Shown here in pieces: positions 6,553 through 17,852 of a stretch of 39,012 bases of DNA. Where the stretch lies: IMG/VR virus record IMGVR_UViG_3300037851_000465, positions 1 through 39,012 of that record. The stretch is one strand, 5' to 3'. Source of the DNA: a virus (Duplodnaviria; Caudoviricetes). Below the pieces are notes generated by a model. It was given only the letters and a program-made list of their open reading frames with translations, made no database searches and was not told where the DNA came from. The first letter of the stretch is position 1. Each line of letters opens with the position of its first letter. Both the position numbers and the translations under genes were made by a program.

Positions 6553-7722
6553 ATGATCACTGAACAAGAGCACAAGGATTTCGTGGCCCTGTTCGCATCC
6601 CCTGAGGGCGTGACGGCGGGATCGGTGCCGGGGGCGTCGGCGGTGACGGTGGGCGATCTGGCCCATAGTCCGACCGGGCCGTCCTCGGCGGAACGGATCA
6701 TCCGTTGCCCTGGGTCGCTGCGGGTGTCGGCCGTGTGCCCGCAGAAGGATGATGAGCACAGTTCACGCGGGACTCGGCTGCATGGGATCGTCGGCCAGGT
6801 GTGCGCGGGTGACCGTGCTGGGTATGACGCTCTGCCGGCTGAGGATCAGGCGGCGGTGGATTTCGTTGTTGAGGCAGTGAAGGACGCCCAGGCGCTGATG
6901 CCGGTGGGCGGTCTGGATCTGTGGGAAGAGCGGATTGATTTGAGCGACTGCGGGGCCGGGTTTGGGACGGTGGATCATGCGGTGGTGGTGCCGGGTTCGT
7001 GGGCGACGATCGAGGACTTCAAGTTCGGCGCTCGGGCGGTGAAGGCCCCACAGCACAACTGGCAACTGATCCTGTATGCCCATGGCATCGCCCGTGCCTT
7101 CGGGGTGCGGCAGGTGACGACGACGATCCTGCGGCCGGCGGCGGATGATCCCTGGCGCAAGGTGGGGTATATCTGGTCGGCTGAGGATCTGGCGGGGCTG
7201 GCGAGGGCGTACCGGGAGGCCGTGGATCTGGCGCATAGCCCGATGGCGCCGCTGTGTGTGGGCGAGCATTGCACGTTTTGCGCGGGGCGGGAGATGTGCC
7301 CGGCCCGGTGGGCAGCGGTGGCGATGGTGCCGCGCTTTGGCAGCTTCAAGGATCTGGTGCGCAGTCTGTCAGCCGAGGACCGGCGGCGGCTGTGGGACCG
7401 GGTGCGGATGGCGCAGGCCCAACTGGGAGCCCTGCGTGAGTGCATCGAGGCCGGGGCCATTGCCGGGGATTGGGCGGTTGCCGGGTGCAGCGTGGAGGCC
7501 AGCGAGGGCCGGCGCGGCTGGGCCAATGAGGCCGAGGCGGCGGTGGTGCTGGCGCGGCTGGCGTCGGCCAAGGGGAAGCCGGCGGATGCGGTGTGGATGA
7601 AGGACCTGATCAGTCCGGCGCAGGCTGAGAAGCTGCTGGGCAAGAGTGCTGCGATAACGGCCGAGATGGCCCCGCTGATCGTCCGTAAGCCGGGTGCGCC
7701 GGCCCTGAAGGCGGTGGGCTGA
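6553..7722 (+). CDS. Cas4-like PD-(D/E)XK nuclease (DUF2800-like)
   Basis: PSSAERIIRCPGS, GT.LH, FGTVD, IEDFKFG, NWQL.LYA, GEHCTFC....CPA. Confidence 0.85.
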   Translation: MITEQEHKDFVALFASPEGVTAGSVPGASAVTVGDLAHSPTGPSSAERIIRCPGSLRVSAVCPQKDDEHSSRGTRLHGIVGQVCAGDRAGYDALPAEDQAAVDFVVEAVKDAQALMPVGGLDLWEERIDLSDCGAGFGTVDHAVVVPGSWATIEDFKFGARAVKAPQHNWQLILYAHGIARAFGVRQVTTTILRPAADDPWRKVGYIWSAEDLAGLARAYREAVDLAHSPMAPLCVGEHCTFCAGREMCPARWAAVAMVPRFGSFKDLVRSLSAEDRRRLWDRVRMAQAQLGALRECIEAGAIAGDWAVAGCSVEASEGRRGWANEAEAAVVLARLASAKGKPADAVWMKDLISPAQAEKLLGKSAAITAEMAPLIVRKPGAPALKAVG

Positions 7723-7724
7723 CC

Positions 7725-9131
7725 ATGCTGGCGCTGCGCGACTACCAGACGGCGATTGTGGACGGCTTGCGGTCTGAACTGCGGGCGGGCAAGCGTCGTC
7801 TGGTGGCGGTGGCACCGACAGGGGCTGGGAAGACGGTCATTGCCAGCCATATCATGGCCAGTGCTGCGGCGAAGGGGTCCAGGGTGTTGTTTCTGGCCCA
7901 CCGGGCGGAACTGATCGATCAGTGTAGTCGGAAGCTGGACGCCTGCGGGGTGGCGCATGGGCGCATCGTGGCGGGCGGGTCGTATGACGGTCAGGCGGTG
8001 CAGGTGGCGTCCATCCCGACGTTGGCGCGGCGCAAGGATGTGCCGGGTGCCGACCTGGTGGTGGTGGATGAGTGTCATCATGTGTGTGCGAAGTCCTGGG
8101 CCTCGGTGGTGAAGCGGTATGACCGGGCGGCCCTGCTGGGGCTGACGGCGACGCCCTTCCGCCTGGATGGCCGGGGACTGAAGGAACATTTCGACGCCTT
8201 GGTGGCCCGCGTGGGCATCCAGGATCTGATCGCCATGGGGCATCTGGTGCCGCCCGTGGTGTACACGCAGCCGGGGCCGGATCTGCGCGGGGTGCGCCGG
8301 GTGGGCGGGGACTTCGCCCAGGGGCAACTGGCAACGCGGGTTGATCAGCCGCGGCTGGTCGGGGATGTGGTGCGCCATTGGGCGCGGCTGGCCCTGGACC
8401 GGACGACGGTGGCCTTCTGCTGCACGGTGCAGCATGCCGAGCATGTGGCGGCAGCGTTCAGCGCGGCGGGGATTCCTGCGGCGTCGGTGGACGGTGCGAC
8501 GCCTGCGGCCGAGCGTGAGGGCCGGCTGGCTGATCTGGCGTCGGGGAAGATCAAGGTGTTGACCAACGTGGCGATCCTGACCGAGGGATGGGATCTGCCA
8601 CGGTGTGGGGCGGTGATCCTGGCCCGTCCGACGCAGTCGCGGGCGCTCTACCTGCAGATGGTTGGGCGGGGGCTGCGGACGGACGCGGGCAAGGATGACT
8701 GCCTGGTGCTGGACCATGCGGGGAACACCTTGCGGCATGGGTTCGTCACTGACCCGATCGCGTACTCGCTGGAGGGGCTGGAGGCCCAGGGAGCGGCCCC
8801 ATCGGTGCGGTTGTGCCCCCAGTGTGCGGCGGCGCTCAAGGCCGGGACGCAGACGTGCCCGCTGTGCGGGTATGCGTTCCCGCCGCCGGATGAGGACGAC
8901 CAGGTGCCCGAGGCGGCGGCCGGGGAACTGGAGCGGGTGGACCCGTCGGCGCTGCGGCCGGTGGCGGATGAGAGTGAAAAGCGCCGGGCAATGAACCGGC
9001 TGCGGGCCGAGGCCAAAAGCAATGGCTACAAGGCCACCTGGGCCCATATCAAGTTCAAGGCCATCTACGGTCACTGGCCGAGCGCGGCGCTGCTGCGTGG
9101 CGGTCCTGAGCGGCAGGCGGTGGCGTCATGA
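7725..9131 (+). CDS. SF2 DEAD/DEAH-box helicase (RadD/YejH-like) with C-terminal Zn ribbon
   Basis: LRDYQ, APTGAGKT, DECHH, LTATP, EGWD, QMVGRGLR, CPQC..CPLCG. Confidence 0.95.
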   Translation: MLALRDYQTAIVDGLRSELRAGKRRLVAVAPTGAGKTVIASHIMASAAAKGSRVLFLAHRAELIDQCSRKLDACGVAHGRIVAGGSYDGQAVQVASIPTLARRKDVPGADLVVVDECHHVCAKSWASVVKRYDRAALLGLTATPFRLDGRGLKEHFDALVARVGIQDLIAMGHLVPPVVYTQPGPDLRGVRRVGGDFAQGQLATRVDQPRLVGDVVRHWARLALDRTTVAFCCTVQHAEHVAAAFSAAGIPAASVDGATPAAEREGRLADLASGKIKVLTNVAILTEGWDLPRCGAVILARPTQSRALYLQMVGRGLRTDAGKDDCLVLDHAGNTLRHGFVTDPIAYSLEGLEAQGAAPSVRLCPQCAAALKAGTQTCPLCGYAFPPPDEDDQVPEAAAGELERVDPSALRPVADESEKRRAMNRLRAEAKSNGYKATWAHIKFKAIYGHWPSAALLRGGPERQAVAS

Positions 9132-9495
9132 GCGAGACCGTGATCGTGGCTCAGGTGCTGCTGGCGTTGTCGGCCGAACTGGGCGACCGGGTGCGCGTGT
9201 GGCGGCAGAACACCGGGGCGCTGCCGGATGCGCGGGGGCGTCTGGTGCGCTTCGGGATGCCGGGTGCGGCTGACCTGACGGGGCTGTTCCTGGGGTCGGG
9301 CCGGCGGCTGGAGATCGAATGCAAGACGCCCACGGGGCGGCAGAGCGGTAAGCAGATCGCCTACGGGAAGATGATCCGCGCCCATGGCGGGGTGTATCTG
9401 GTGGCCCGGTCGGCGGCGGATGCGGTTCGGCAAGTGTTGGCAGTGATCGAGGAAACCAAGGCCGGTGACACGGCACAACAAGCGAGGCAAGGGGA

Positions 9496-9499
<4 letters not shown>
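9128..9499 (+). CDS. VRR-NUC family nuclease
   Basis: VWRQNTG...FG.PG.ADL...IECKTPTGRQS..Q...GG.Y.VARS. Confidence 0.9.
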
Positions 9500-10716
<1,217 letters not shown>

Positions 10717-10729
10717 GACGGAGAAAACC

Positions 10730-11728
10730 ATGAGCGACGACAACGAAACCGTGACGTTGAACACGAAACAGAAAATCCCACCGGAATACGCCGGTTGGAA
10801 ACTTCCGGAAGCCATCGCCAAGTTGTCCGGGCACTGGCAAACCCTCGTCCTGACGGGTGGACCGGGAACGCGCAAGACGACCCAGATCTGGACGATTCGG
10901 CGGGTCGCATCGGTTCCGGTGCATGTCCTGTCCGAGTCCTCGGACATCGACACGAACCGGTTCAGCCTGCCGCACCTGGACGCTTGGGCGAGCTTCAAGG
11001 GGATCCTGTGCATCGATGACATCGGGTACAAGAAACCCACCGAGTGGAATGTCCAGGTCTTGTTCGCCGTACTGAGCCATCGGCGCATGTACGGGCTCAA
11101 AACCATCCTGACGACGAACCATGAACGGGCCAAGTTGGCAGACCTGTACGGTGAGCCGGTGGCATCACGGGTGTTTGCCGACCAGGTGATCAACGTCGGG
11201 AACATCGACCTGCGCGGCAAGGTCGAAGCCGCGTCCTGGAACCGGTTGGAGCCTGCCGCCCCCACGGCCGCACGCTCGACCGAGACCAAGACCGAGGTCC
11301 GGGATCCGAAGGTGATCAACGACGCCAACGAGGTGTATTACCGCGCCAACCGCCCTTCGAACGACGTGGCGCGGCGGTGGTATCTGAACCGGTTCAAGAT
11401 CCAGGTCGGTCCAAACCTCAAGGCCTGGCTGCCCATGTTTGACCGGAGTGACTACGCGGCGTTCTTCGACCAGGTGGCGACGCTGCCGGTCAAGGATCGC
11501 ACGCTGGCCGCAGCAGGCCGGATGCACTACGGGACGGGACCCGATGAGGGCGAGGATGCCACGCCGCAGGCAGCAACTAGGCCAAGGACGCACAGCGACG
11601 CCGAAACCATAGACGAGCCAGGGTGGGGAGACATAGGGCCAGGAAGGGCCGTTCAAACCACCATAGACATGGGTTCACATAAACACACATCGAAACCCAT
11701 TACCGACCTGATCGACGAGATGTTCTAA
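10730..11728 (+). CDS. DnaC/IstB-like AAA+ helicase loader with C-terminal extension
   Basis: LVLTGGPGTRKT (variant Walker A), ILCIDDIG, TILTTN, YGE.VASRV. Confidence 0.85.
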   Translation: MSDDNETVTLNTKQKIPPEYAGWKLPEAIAKLSGHWQTLVLTGGPGTRKTTQIWTIRRVASVPVHVLSESSDIDTNRFSLPHLDAWASFKGILCIDDIGYKKPTEWNVQVLFAVLSHRRMYGLKTILTTNHERAKLADLYGEPVASRVFADQVINVGNIDLRGKVEAASWNRLEPAAPTAARSTETKTEVRDPKVINDANEVYYRANRPSNDVARRWYLNRFKIQVGPNLKAWLPMFDRSDYAAFFDQVATLPVKDRTLAAAGRMHYGTGPDEGEDATPQAATRPRTHSDAETIDEPGWGDIGPGRAVQTTIDMGSHKHTSKPITDLIDEMF

Positions 11729-11940
11729 TGACCACCACGCCTACCACCGAACACCACTTGCGCGTCCGACTCCCCAATGGGGAATGGGTCTGGATGGAAC
11801 GGGATGCGGTCCGCAAGGCCATCGCCTGTCCGCATGCCATCCGTGACGATCTGCGGATCAAACCGCAGCCGCTCAAGGGGCGCAAGCGGCCCTTGCTGCA
11901 TGGCAACGGGCATGACCACCTGGAGCGGTTTGAATCATGA
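11728..11940 (+). CDS. Hypothetical protein
   Basis: Start and stop overlap neighbouring genes on both sides (TAATG, ATGA). Confidence 0.6.
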   Translation: MTTTPTTEHHLRVRLPNGEWVWMERDAVRKAIACPHAIRDDLRIKPQPLKGRKRPLLHGNGHDHLERFES

Positions 11941-12272
11941 AAACCAGGGGGGTCCGCAACCTTGGCGAGTGGGACCGGCAGTACGCTATGGACCGGCGGT
12001 CGATGGCTGCTGGGATCCTGGCGCGGTTCACCGATGACGGGATTCCGCTGGCCCGGCTGGCGGAGATCATGGGGGTGCCGCCCAATGGGCTGCGGTCCAC
12101 GCTGGCTCCGGACAACCTGTTCCTGTTCACCATCGTGCGGCATCCCCAGCATCGGCGGGGGGTGTGCCAGGTGCGGCTGAATCCGGAGGCGCGGATACGG
12201 GTGGACGAGGTGGCGCGGGTGGTGGGGGTGGATTCGCGGCCAAGGTTGGCGGGACCAAAACAAAAATCGTAA
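11937..12272 (+). CDS. HTH-like protein, candidate late transcription activator
   Basis: GIPLARLAEIMGVPPNGLRSTL HTH-like; last gene before terminase. Confidence 0.5.
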   Translation: MKTRGVRNLGEWDRQYAMDRRSMAAGILARFTDDGIPLARLAEIMGVPPNGLRSTLAPDNLFLFTIVRHPQHRRGVCQVRLNPEARIRVDEVARVVGVDSRPRLAGPKQKS

Positions 12273-12281
12273 GGATTTTGT

Positions 12282-12650
12282 ATGCCATTCAAGAAGGGCC
12301 ATAAAAAAATACCGGGATCTGGCCGAAAAAAAGGTCAGACAGCCATGACAACGGCGGTGCAACGGGCTCAGTTGGAAGATGTCATCGGGGGGAACATTCC
12401 GGTCGAGATGGCCAAGATCGCATGGCCGATGCTCAAGAGCAGGTCCGAGAAGCGGCGGATGGTGGGAAATCAGATGATGAAGACGGCGCTGCCGTACATC
12501 TACCCGTCCCTCAAGTCGGTCGAACACTCCGGCCGCATCGATGGGCCGGCCGTGTCCCTGTCGATCATCGAGCGGCGTATGGACGAGCCCAAGCCGGTGG
12601 ACGGCCAGGTGGTTGAGGCGCCCAAGGCGCTGGAGTCTGATCGTGGCTGA
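12282..12650 (+). CDS. terS: Terminase small subunit
   Basis: MPFKKGHKK..GSGRKKG N-terminus, LPYIYP.LKSVEHSG; overlaps terL start. Confidence 0.8.
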   Translation: MPFKKGHKKIPGSGRKKGQTAMTTAVQRAQLEDVIGGNIPVEMAKIAWPMLKSRSEKRRMVGNQMMKTALPYIYPSLKSVEHSGRIDGPAVSLSIIERRMDEPKPVDGQVVEAPKALESDRG

Positions 12651-14007
12651 GGTGGCCTTGTGGCCGCGCCAGATGCAGGCCCTGACGACGCCGGCGACGG
12701 AGGTGCTGTATGGGGGCGCGGCTGGTGGGGGGAAGAGCCATCTGATGCGTGTGGCGGCCATCGCCTGGGCCTTGTCGGCCCCTGGGGTGCAGGTGGTGAT
12801 CGTGCGGCGGGAGTTCCCGGATCTGAAGGCGAATCACTTTAGTGGTCGGCAAGGGTTCCCGGCCCTGCTCATGCCGTGGATCGCCAGCGGGCAGGTGCGG
12901 TTCAATGTGTCGGATCTGACGATAACATTCCCGAACGGGTCCACCATCGTGGGCAAGCATTGCCAGCGGGAAAAGGACGTGGATGGGTTCCAGGGTTCGG
13001 AGATTGACGGCCTGCTGGTGGACGAACTGACGCATTTCACGGCCTACCAGTATGAGTTCATCCGGTCCAGGTGCCGGTCGGCGAATCTGCCGCCGGGGCG
13101 GTTCCGCTTCCCGCGCATCCTGTGCGGGTCGAATCCTGGCAGCGTGGGGCATAACTGGGTGAAGGGGATGTGGGTGGATCCGCGCCCGGTGAATGAGGCG
13201 TGGCAGGCTGAGGGCGGGTGGATGCGCCAGTTCATTCCGGCGCGACTGGCCGACAACCCGAGCCTGGGGCAGGAGTACGCGGCGAGCCTGGAGGCGCTTC
13301 CGGAGCATCTGCGCAAGGCGCTGCGGGATGGGGACTGGAACATCGTGGCGGGCGGGATGTTTGACGATGTGTGGCGCGGTGGCGTGGTGCGGTCGGCCAT
13401 TCCCATTCCGGCGTCGTGGCGGCGGTCGCGGTCGTTCGACTGGGGATCGTCCAAGCCGTTCGCCGTGTGCTGGTGGGCGCAGTCGGATGGGACGACGGCA
13501 CCGGGGTGCATGGATCTGCCCAAGGGGTCGTGGGTGCTGACCGATGAGTGGTATGGGTGGAGCGGCAAGCCGAACGAGGGCGCCAAGATGCTGGCGGTGG
13601 AGGTGGCGCAGGGGATCAAGGAGCGCGAGGCGGTAATGGGGATCAAGGACGTGGCTCCTGGGCCGGCCGATAGTGCGATCTTCGCCAGTGAGAATGGGAA
13701 CTGCATCGCGGATGACATGGCGAAGCGTGGGGTCAGATGGGTGCCGGCGGAGAAGGGTCCGGGGAGCCGGGTCAATGGGTGGGAGAAGATGAGGTCTTTG
13801 ATGCAGGAGGCGGCGAAGAACCGGCCGGAAGGGCCATGCCTGGTGATCTTCGACCGCTGCCGGCATGCGTGCCGGACGCTGCCGACGCTGCCGCGGGATC
13901 ACCTGAAGACCGACGACGTGGACACGGATGCGGAAGACCACATAGCCGACGCCGTGCGTTACCGGGTGATGCAACCCGACCGCAAGGTGGGCGGCATCCT
14001 GGTCTAG
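12643..14007 (+). CDS. terL: Terminase large subunit
   Basis: LYGGAAGGGKS, LLVDEL, GSNPG..GH.WVK, FIPARL.DNP, SFDWG, EDH.ADA.RY; GTG start at 12643. Confidence 0.95.
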   Translation: MAEVALWPRQMQALTTPATEVLYGGAAGGGKSHLMRVAAIAWALSAPGVQVVIVRREFPDLKANHFSGRQGFPALLMPWIASGQVRFNVSDLTITFPNGSTIVGKHCQREKDVDGFQGSEIDGLLVDELTHFTAYQYEFIRSRCRSANLPPGRFRFPRILCGSNPGSVGHNWVKGMWVDPRPVNEAWQAEGGWMRQFIPARLADNPSLGQEYAASLEALPEHLRKALRDGDWNIVAGGMFDDVWRGGVVRSAIPIPASWRRSRSFDWGSSKPFAVCWWAQSDGTTAPGCMDLPKGSWVLTDEWYGWSGKPNEGAKMLAVEVAQGIKEREAVMGIKDVAPGPADSAIFASENGNCIADDMAKRGVRWVPAEKGPGSRVNGWEKMRSLMQEAAKNRPEGPCLVIFDRCRHACRTLPTLPRDHLKTDDVDTDAEDHIADAVRYRVMQPDRKVGGILV

Positions 14008-14008
14008 G

Positions 14009-14055
14009 TGCGATGACTGACCCTTGGTCGTCGCGGTCCGTCGGTGGCATACGGT
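14009..14055 (+). promoter_or_regulatory. Putative late promoter 1 (dyad element plus -10)
   Basis: TGCGATGACTGACCCTTGGTCGTCGC-N15-TACGGT; near-identical to 29355-29401. Confidence 0.7.
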
Positions 14056-14061
14056 GGGGGC

Positions 14062-15510
14062 GTGATCCCTGTCCAAGTCGGTACTGCGCTGCCGGTCCAT
14101 GCTGCCTACGCCTCCCAGGCGCAGGCCCGCGCCTTTTGGCGGTGGTCGGATCGGTGCGCGTGGGATTACGCACGCGGGCGGGATGCGGCGATGCTGCCCA
14201 TCCTGCCGCGCCATGAGCGCGAACCGGACGAGGAACCATGCAAGCGGTACACCCGGCGCCTGTCGCAGGCGGTGGGGCGGCCGTATGTGCGCAGCATCGT
14301 CAGCCGGTTCAATGACCACGTCTGCCGGCAACCGGTGGAGCGTCCGGACGCGGGCGGTGAGTATGCCGACCTGGTCGCGGACGCTGACGGCGCTGGGACG
14401 ACGCTGGCCGCGCTGATGCGGAGGGCCCTGCGGATGGCCCAGGTCGAGGGGACGGCGTACCTGCTGGCGGATGCGCTTCGGGTGGGGACGTTCGAATCCC
14501 AGGCCCAGGCCCTGGCGGCCGGGCAGCGGTCCATCCTGCGGGTGGTGACTCCCGATGCGGTCTTGGACTGGCGCGAGGACGCCCACGGCAACGTTGTGGC
14601 GGGTCTGGTGGTGCTGGTCGATGACGCGGGGAATCATTACGGCTGGAACGTGGACGCAGAGGCGGTGCAGCGGGTTGAACTGGCGCAGGAACGGGCCACG
14701 GGGTCGGCCACCTGGCGGGTGGTGGCGGTAGGACCGCTGATGCCCCACACGGCGGGCGGGTGCCCCCTGGTGCGCCTGACGCCGCTGGTCGGGGCGACCT
14801 CGCAGGCGGAACCCATCGCGGAATCGCAGAAGGCGATTTGCAATTTGGAATCGTGGCTGCGGGAAGAACTTCAGGCCAGCACGTTCACCGTGCCGGTCAT
14901 TTTGGGCGCTGACCCGGAACTGGTCAAAGCGCCGACCGTGGGCGCGGGCATGATCATGGTGATCCCGCCCGTGGCGGGGACGGTGCCCTCCCTGGACCGC
15001 ATTGCGGCCGATCCGACGCAGGCTGACAGCTTGCGCCAGTCGCTGGACCGTGAGGTGCGGGAGTTGTACCGGGCGGCCGGGCTGGCACCTGGGAATCCCA
15101 CTGAGGTCGGGCAGCCGGAAAGCGGCGTGGCAAAGGCCTTCGCGTTCAACGAGGTGGAGGCGACCCTGGCGGCGCTGGCCGATGCGGCCGAGGCGGCCGA
15201 GAACCGGGCCGTTGCCATGGCTGCCGGCTGGGGTGGCTGGGCGTATCCGGGTGACTGCGATTGGCCGGATGATTTCGCACCACAGGACCTGGCCGCTGAA
15301 CTGGATTTCACCATCCGCCTGACCACAGCCACCACGGCCCCGCCGGTCTTGCGTCAGAAGGCCTGGCGCGAGTTCGCGGGCCGCTGGGGCAACCTGACGC
15401 CCGAGGAACAGGCCACGCTGGAGCGGGAACTGGCCGAGGCCAGCGAGCGGGACGCCGATCTGGCGGCCTCGCCGTTTGTGCAGATGCCGACGCGGAGGGC
15501 TGCGACATGA
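14062..15510 (+). CDS. Portal protein
   Basis: Follows terL; LPRH.RE....Y.RRL..A, D.DGAGT.L, ESGVAKAF.F motifs; start GTG 14062 (or 14044). Confidence 0.85.
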   Translation: MIPVQVGTALPVHAAYASQAQARAFWRWSDRCAWDYARGRDAAMLPILPRHEREPDEEPCKRYTRRLSQAVGRPYVRSIVSRFNDHVCRQPVERPDAGGEYADLVADADGAGTTLAALMRRALRMAQVEGTAYLLADALRVGTFESQAQALAAGQRSILRVVTPDAVLDWREDAHGNVVAGLVVLVDDAGNHYGWNVDAEAVQRVELAQERATGSATWRVVAVGPLMPHTAGGCPLVRLTPLVGATSQAEPIAESQKAICNLESWLREELQASTFTVPVILGADPELVKAPTVGAGMIMVIPPVAGTVPSLDRIAADPTQADSLRQSLDREVRELYRAAGLAPGNPTEVGQPESGVAKAFAFNEVEATLAALADAAEAAENRAVAMAAGWGGWAYPGDCDWPDDFAPQDLAAELDFTIRLTTATTAPPVLRQKAWREFAGRWGNLTPEEQATLERELAEASERDADLAASPFVQMPTRRAAT

Positions 15511-15737
15511 GCGAGGCCGTACACGGAACCATCACGATCATCCATCCCGAGCGTGGGGTGGCGCACTGTGCGCCGCACCAACTGGCCGAGTTTGAGGGCC
15601 TGGGGTGGACCATGTTGACTGAGACCCCAGCGCAGACGGCGGATGCCGTCACGACCACGGCGGATGCCGAGGCCGACAAGCGCCCCAACCCCAAGCGGGC
15701 GGATACCCGCACCCGTGCCCGGACGGGCAAGGACTGA
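15507..15737 (+). CDS. Small hypothetical head-module protein
   Basis: GGAGG RBS; ATGA overlap with portal. Confidence 0.6.
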   Translation: MSEAVHGTITIIHPERGVAHCAPHQLAEFEGLGWTMLTETPAQTADAVTTTADAEADKRPNPKRADTRTRARTGKD

Positions 15738-15741
15738 TCCC

Positions 15742-16377
15742 ATGCCGAAGAAGGTCGAAATCCACGGACTCACCCTGGAACTGCCCGACGATCAGGCGGA
15801 CGCGGTCATCAAGGCCCGCGACGCCGACAAGGACGCCCGCCGGGCCATCGAGGCGCGGCTGGCTGAGATCGAGGGCAAGGCCAAGGCTGCCGATGAGGCG
15901 AGCCGTAAGGCGGCCGAGGAAGCCGAACGGACCAAACTGGTCAATAAGGGCGAGTACGAGAAGGCCTTGCAGATCGAGCGGGAGGCCAACCAGAAGCGCA
16001 TCGACGCCCTGGCCGGCAAGTACCGCACCACGGCCCTGGAACGTCAGATCGCGGCCATTCCCGGCGTGTTGCCGGGCGCGGTCAAGGATCTGGCGACCAT
16101 GCTGGAACGGCAGGTCGGCTATGACCTGGAAAAAGACGCTTTGACCGTCGTGAATCCGCCCTTGGGGAAGGACGGGAAACCGCTGGACGCGGCGGCGTTC
16201 GTCCAGCAGTTCATCACCGAACGCCCACACTTCCGCGCTGCGACCGGTTCGCCCGGCAGCGGCGCGGCCGGCACGGGGCAACCCGGCGCTGCGACCATAC
16301 GGCGGGCCGACCTGGCCACCGTGACGCCAACGCAGCGGGCTGACCTGATCGCCGGTAAGCTGACCGTCATCGACTGA
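15742..16377 (+). CDS. Capsid scaffolding protein
   Basis: Coiled-coil with KGEYEKAL and PHF...GSG C-terminal motif; directly before the capsid gene. Confidence 0.8.
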   Translation: MPKKVEIHGLTLELPDDQADAVIKARDADKDARRAIEARLAEIEGKAKAADEASRKAAEEAERTKLVNKGEYEKALQIEREANQKRIDALAGKYRTTALERQIAAIPGVLPGAVKDLATMLERQVGYDLEKDALTVVNPPLGKDGKPLDAAAFVQQFITERPHFRAATGSPGSGAAGTGQPGAATIRRADLATVTPTQRADLIAGKLTVID

Positions 16378-16402
16378 ACCACCACAACCAAAGGAATAGC
16401 GC

Positions 16403-17566
16403 ATGAGCGCCAACACCCTCACCAATCTCGTTCCCACCATCTACGCGGCCCTGGATGTCGTTGCGCGTGAGCGCATCGGCCTGATCCCGGCCGTGGATCG
16501 CTTGCCCGGCGCTGAGCGCGTGGCCAAGGATCAGACCATCCGCTGGCCGGTCGTTGGTGCCATGTCCACCGCTGATCAGAGCGCGTCGATGACGCTTCCT
16601 GACCCCTCGGGCGTGACCATCGGCAGCGACACCATGACCCTGGATAATTTCAAGGGCGTCTCGTTCCCCTGGACGGGCGAGGAACGCTTGAGCCTGGGCC
16701 AGAACATCGATCCCGTCTTCCGCGACCAGATGGCCCAGGCCATGCGCGTGTTGGCCAATACCGTGGAGGCCGACCTGGCCGCTCTGTATGTGGCCGCGTC
16801 GCGGGCGTATGGCACGGCTGCCACCGCCCCCTTCGGCACCGCTGGCGACCTGTCCGACGTGGCCCAGGTTCGCAAGATCCTGGAAGACAACGGCTGCCCC
16901 GATAGCGAACTGCGCCTGATCATCAACACCACGGCCGCCGCCAACCTGCGCGGCAAGCAGTCGGCCCTGTTCAAGGTGAACGAGGCCGGCACCGATGCGA
17001 TGCTGCGGCGCGGCACCATTGGCGACCTGGAAGGTTTCCAGATCGGCGTCAGTGGCCAGATCAAGTCCCACACCAAGGGCGCGGGCACCGGGTATCTGAT
17101 CAACAACGCCAGCGGTGAGGGCATCGGTGAGACGACCATCGCCCTCGATGGCGGCACGGTCAACACCACCGGCATCAAGGCCGGCGACGTGGTGACCTTC
17201 GCGGGGGCTTCGACCGCGCATCGGTATGTGGTCAAGACCGGCATCACCGCCGTCAGCGGCAACATCGTGCTGGGTGCGCCCGGTCTGCGCGTGGCCGAGG
17301 CTGACGATGCGGCCATGACCATCGGCGGAAGCTATACCGCCAACATGGCCTTCCACCGCGCCGCCCTGCGTCTGGCCATGCGCGCCCCGGCCCTGCCGCC
17401 TGGTGGCGATGCGGCCAGCGATGTGATGGACGTGTCGGATCCGACCAGCGGTCTGGCCTTCCAGGTCGCGGTCTACAAGGGCCACCTGCAACAGGCGGTC
17501 GTGGTCCGCGCCGTGTGGGGCGTCAAGTGCGTGAAGCCTGAGTTCCTGGCTCTGCTGCTTGGCTGA
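16403..17566 (+). CDS. Major capsid protein (P22 coat-like, with insertion domain)
   Basis: NTLTNLVP.IY.ALDVV.RE..G.IP, QAMR.LAN.VEADLA, NMAFHR.A..LA.R.P, AVWGVK.VKPE; strong codon bias. Confidence 0.9.
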   Translation: MSANTLTNLVPTIYAALDVVARERIGLIPAVDRLPGAERVAKDQTIRWPVVGAMSTADQSASMTLPDPSGVTIGSDTMTLDNFKGVSFPWTGEERLSLGQNIDPVFRDQMAQAMRVLANTVEADLAALYVAASRAYGTAATAPFGTAGDLSDVAQVRKILEDNGCPDSELRLIINTTAAANLRGKQSALFKVNEAGTDAMLRRGTIGDLEGFQIGVSGQIKSHTKGAGTGYLINNASGEGIGETTIALDGGTVNTTGIKAGDVVTFAGASTAHRYVVKTGITAVSGNIVLGAPGLRVAEADDAAMTIGGSYTANMAFHRAALRLAMRAPALPPGGDAASDVMDVSDPTSGLAFQVAVYKGHLQQAVVVRAVWGVKCVKPEFLALLLG

Positions 17567-17574
17567 CCCTAACC

Positions 17575-17597
17575 GGGGCGGCGCCCAGGGCCGCCCC
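17575..17597 (+). terminator. GC-rich hairpin after the capsid gene (attenuator or mRNA stabiliser; no U tract)
   Basis: GGGGCGGC/GCCGCCCC 8-bp stem. Confidence 0.5.
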
Positions 17598-17612
17598 ATA
17601 TCCGAGGATTCC

Positions 17613-17816
17613 ATGAGCCCGACCGACAAGATTCAGATCGTCCGCAATCTGCTCCCGCATCAGGCCGGCAGCTGTCGCCACGAGTGTGAGCGGCGGGAAC
17701 TGCCGTACTTCATCAGCCTGGGCTGGCGGGTTGCGGACGGTGCTGGCGTGGATGTGCCGCCCAGCGGTCCGGCGGCCAAGAGCGCCGCACCGCAGGCGAC
17801 CGCCACCGGCACCTGA
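17613..17816 (+). CDS. Small hypothetical protein
   Basis: GAGG RBS, ATG 17613; typical small gene after a capsid gene. Confidence 0.55.
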   Translation: MSPTDKIQIVRNLLPHQAGSCRHECERRELPYFISLGWRVADGAGVDVPPSGPAAKSAAPQATATGT

Positions 17817-17852
17817 TCACCACGATCACCGTCAACCAACGGAGCCACCACC

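Noticed and set aside
6553-7722. CRISPR-associated Cas4
   Set aside because: Context (SSB, helicase, VRR-NUC) is the ordinary phage DUF2800-type nuclease module.
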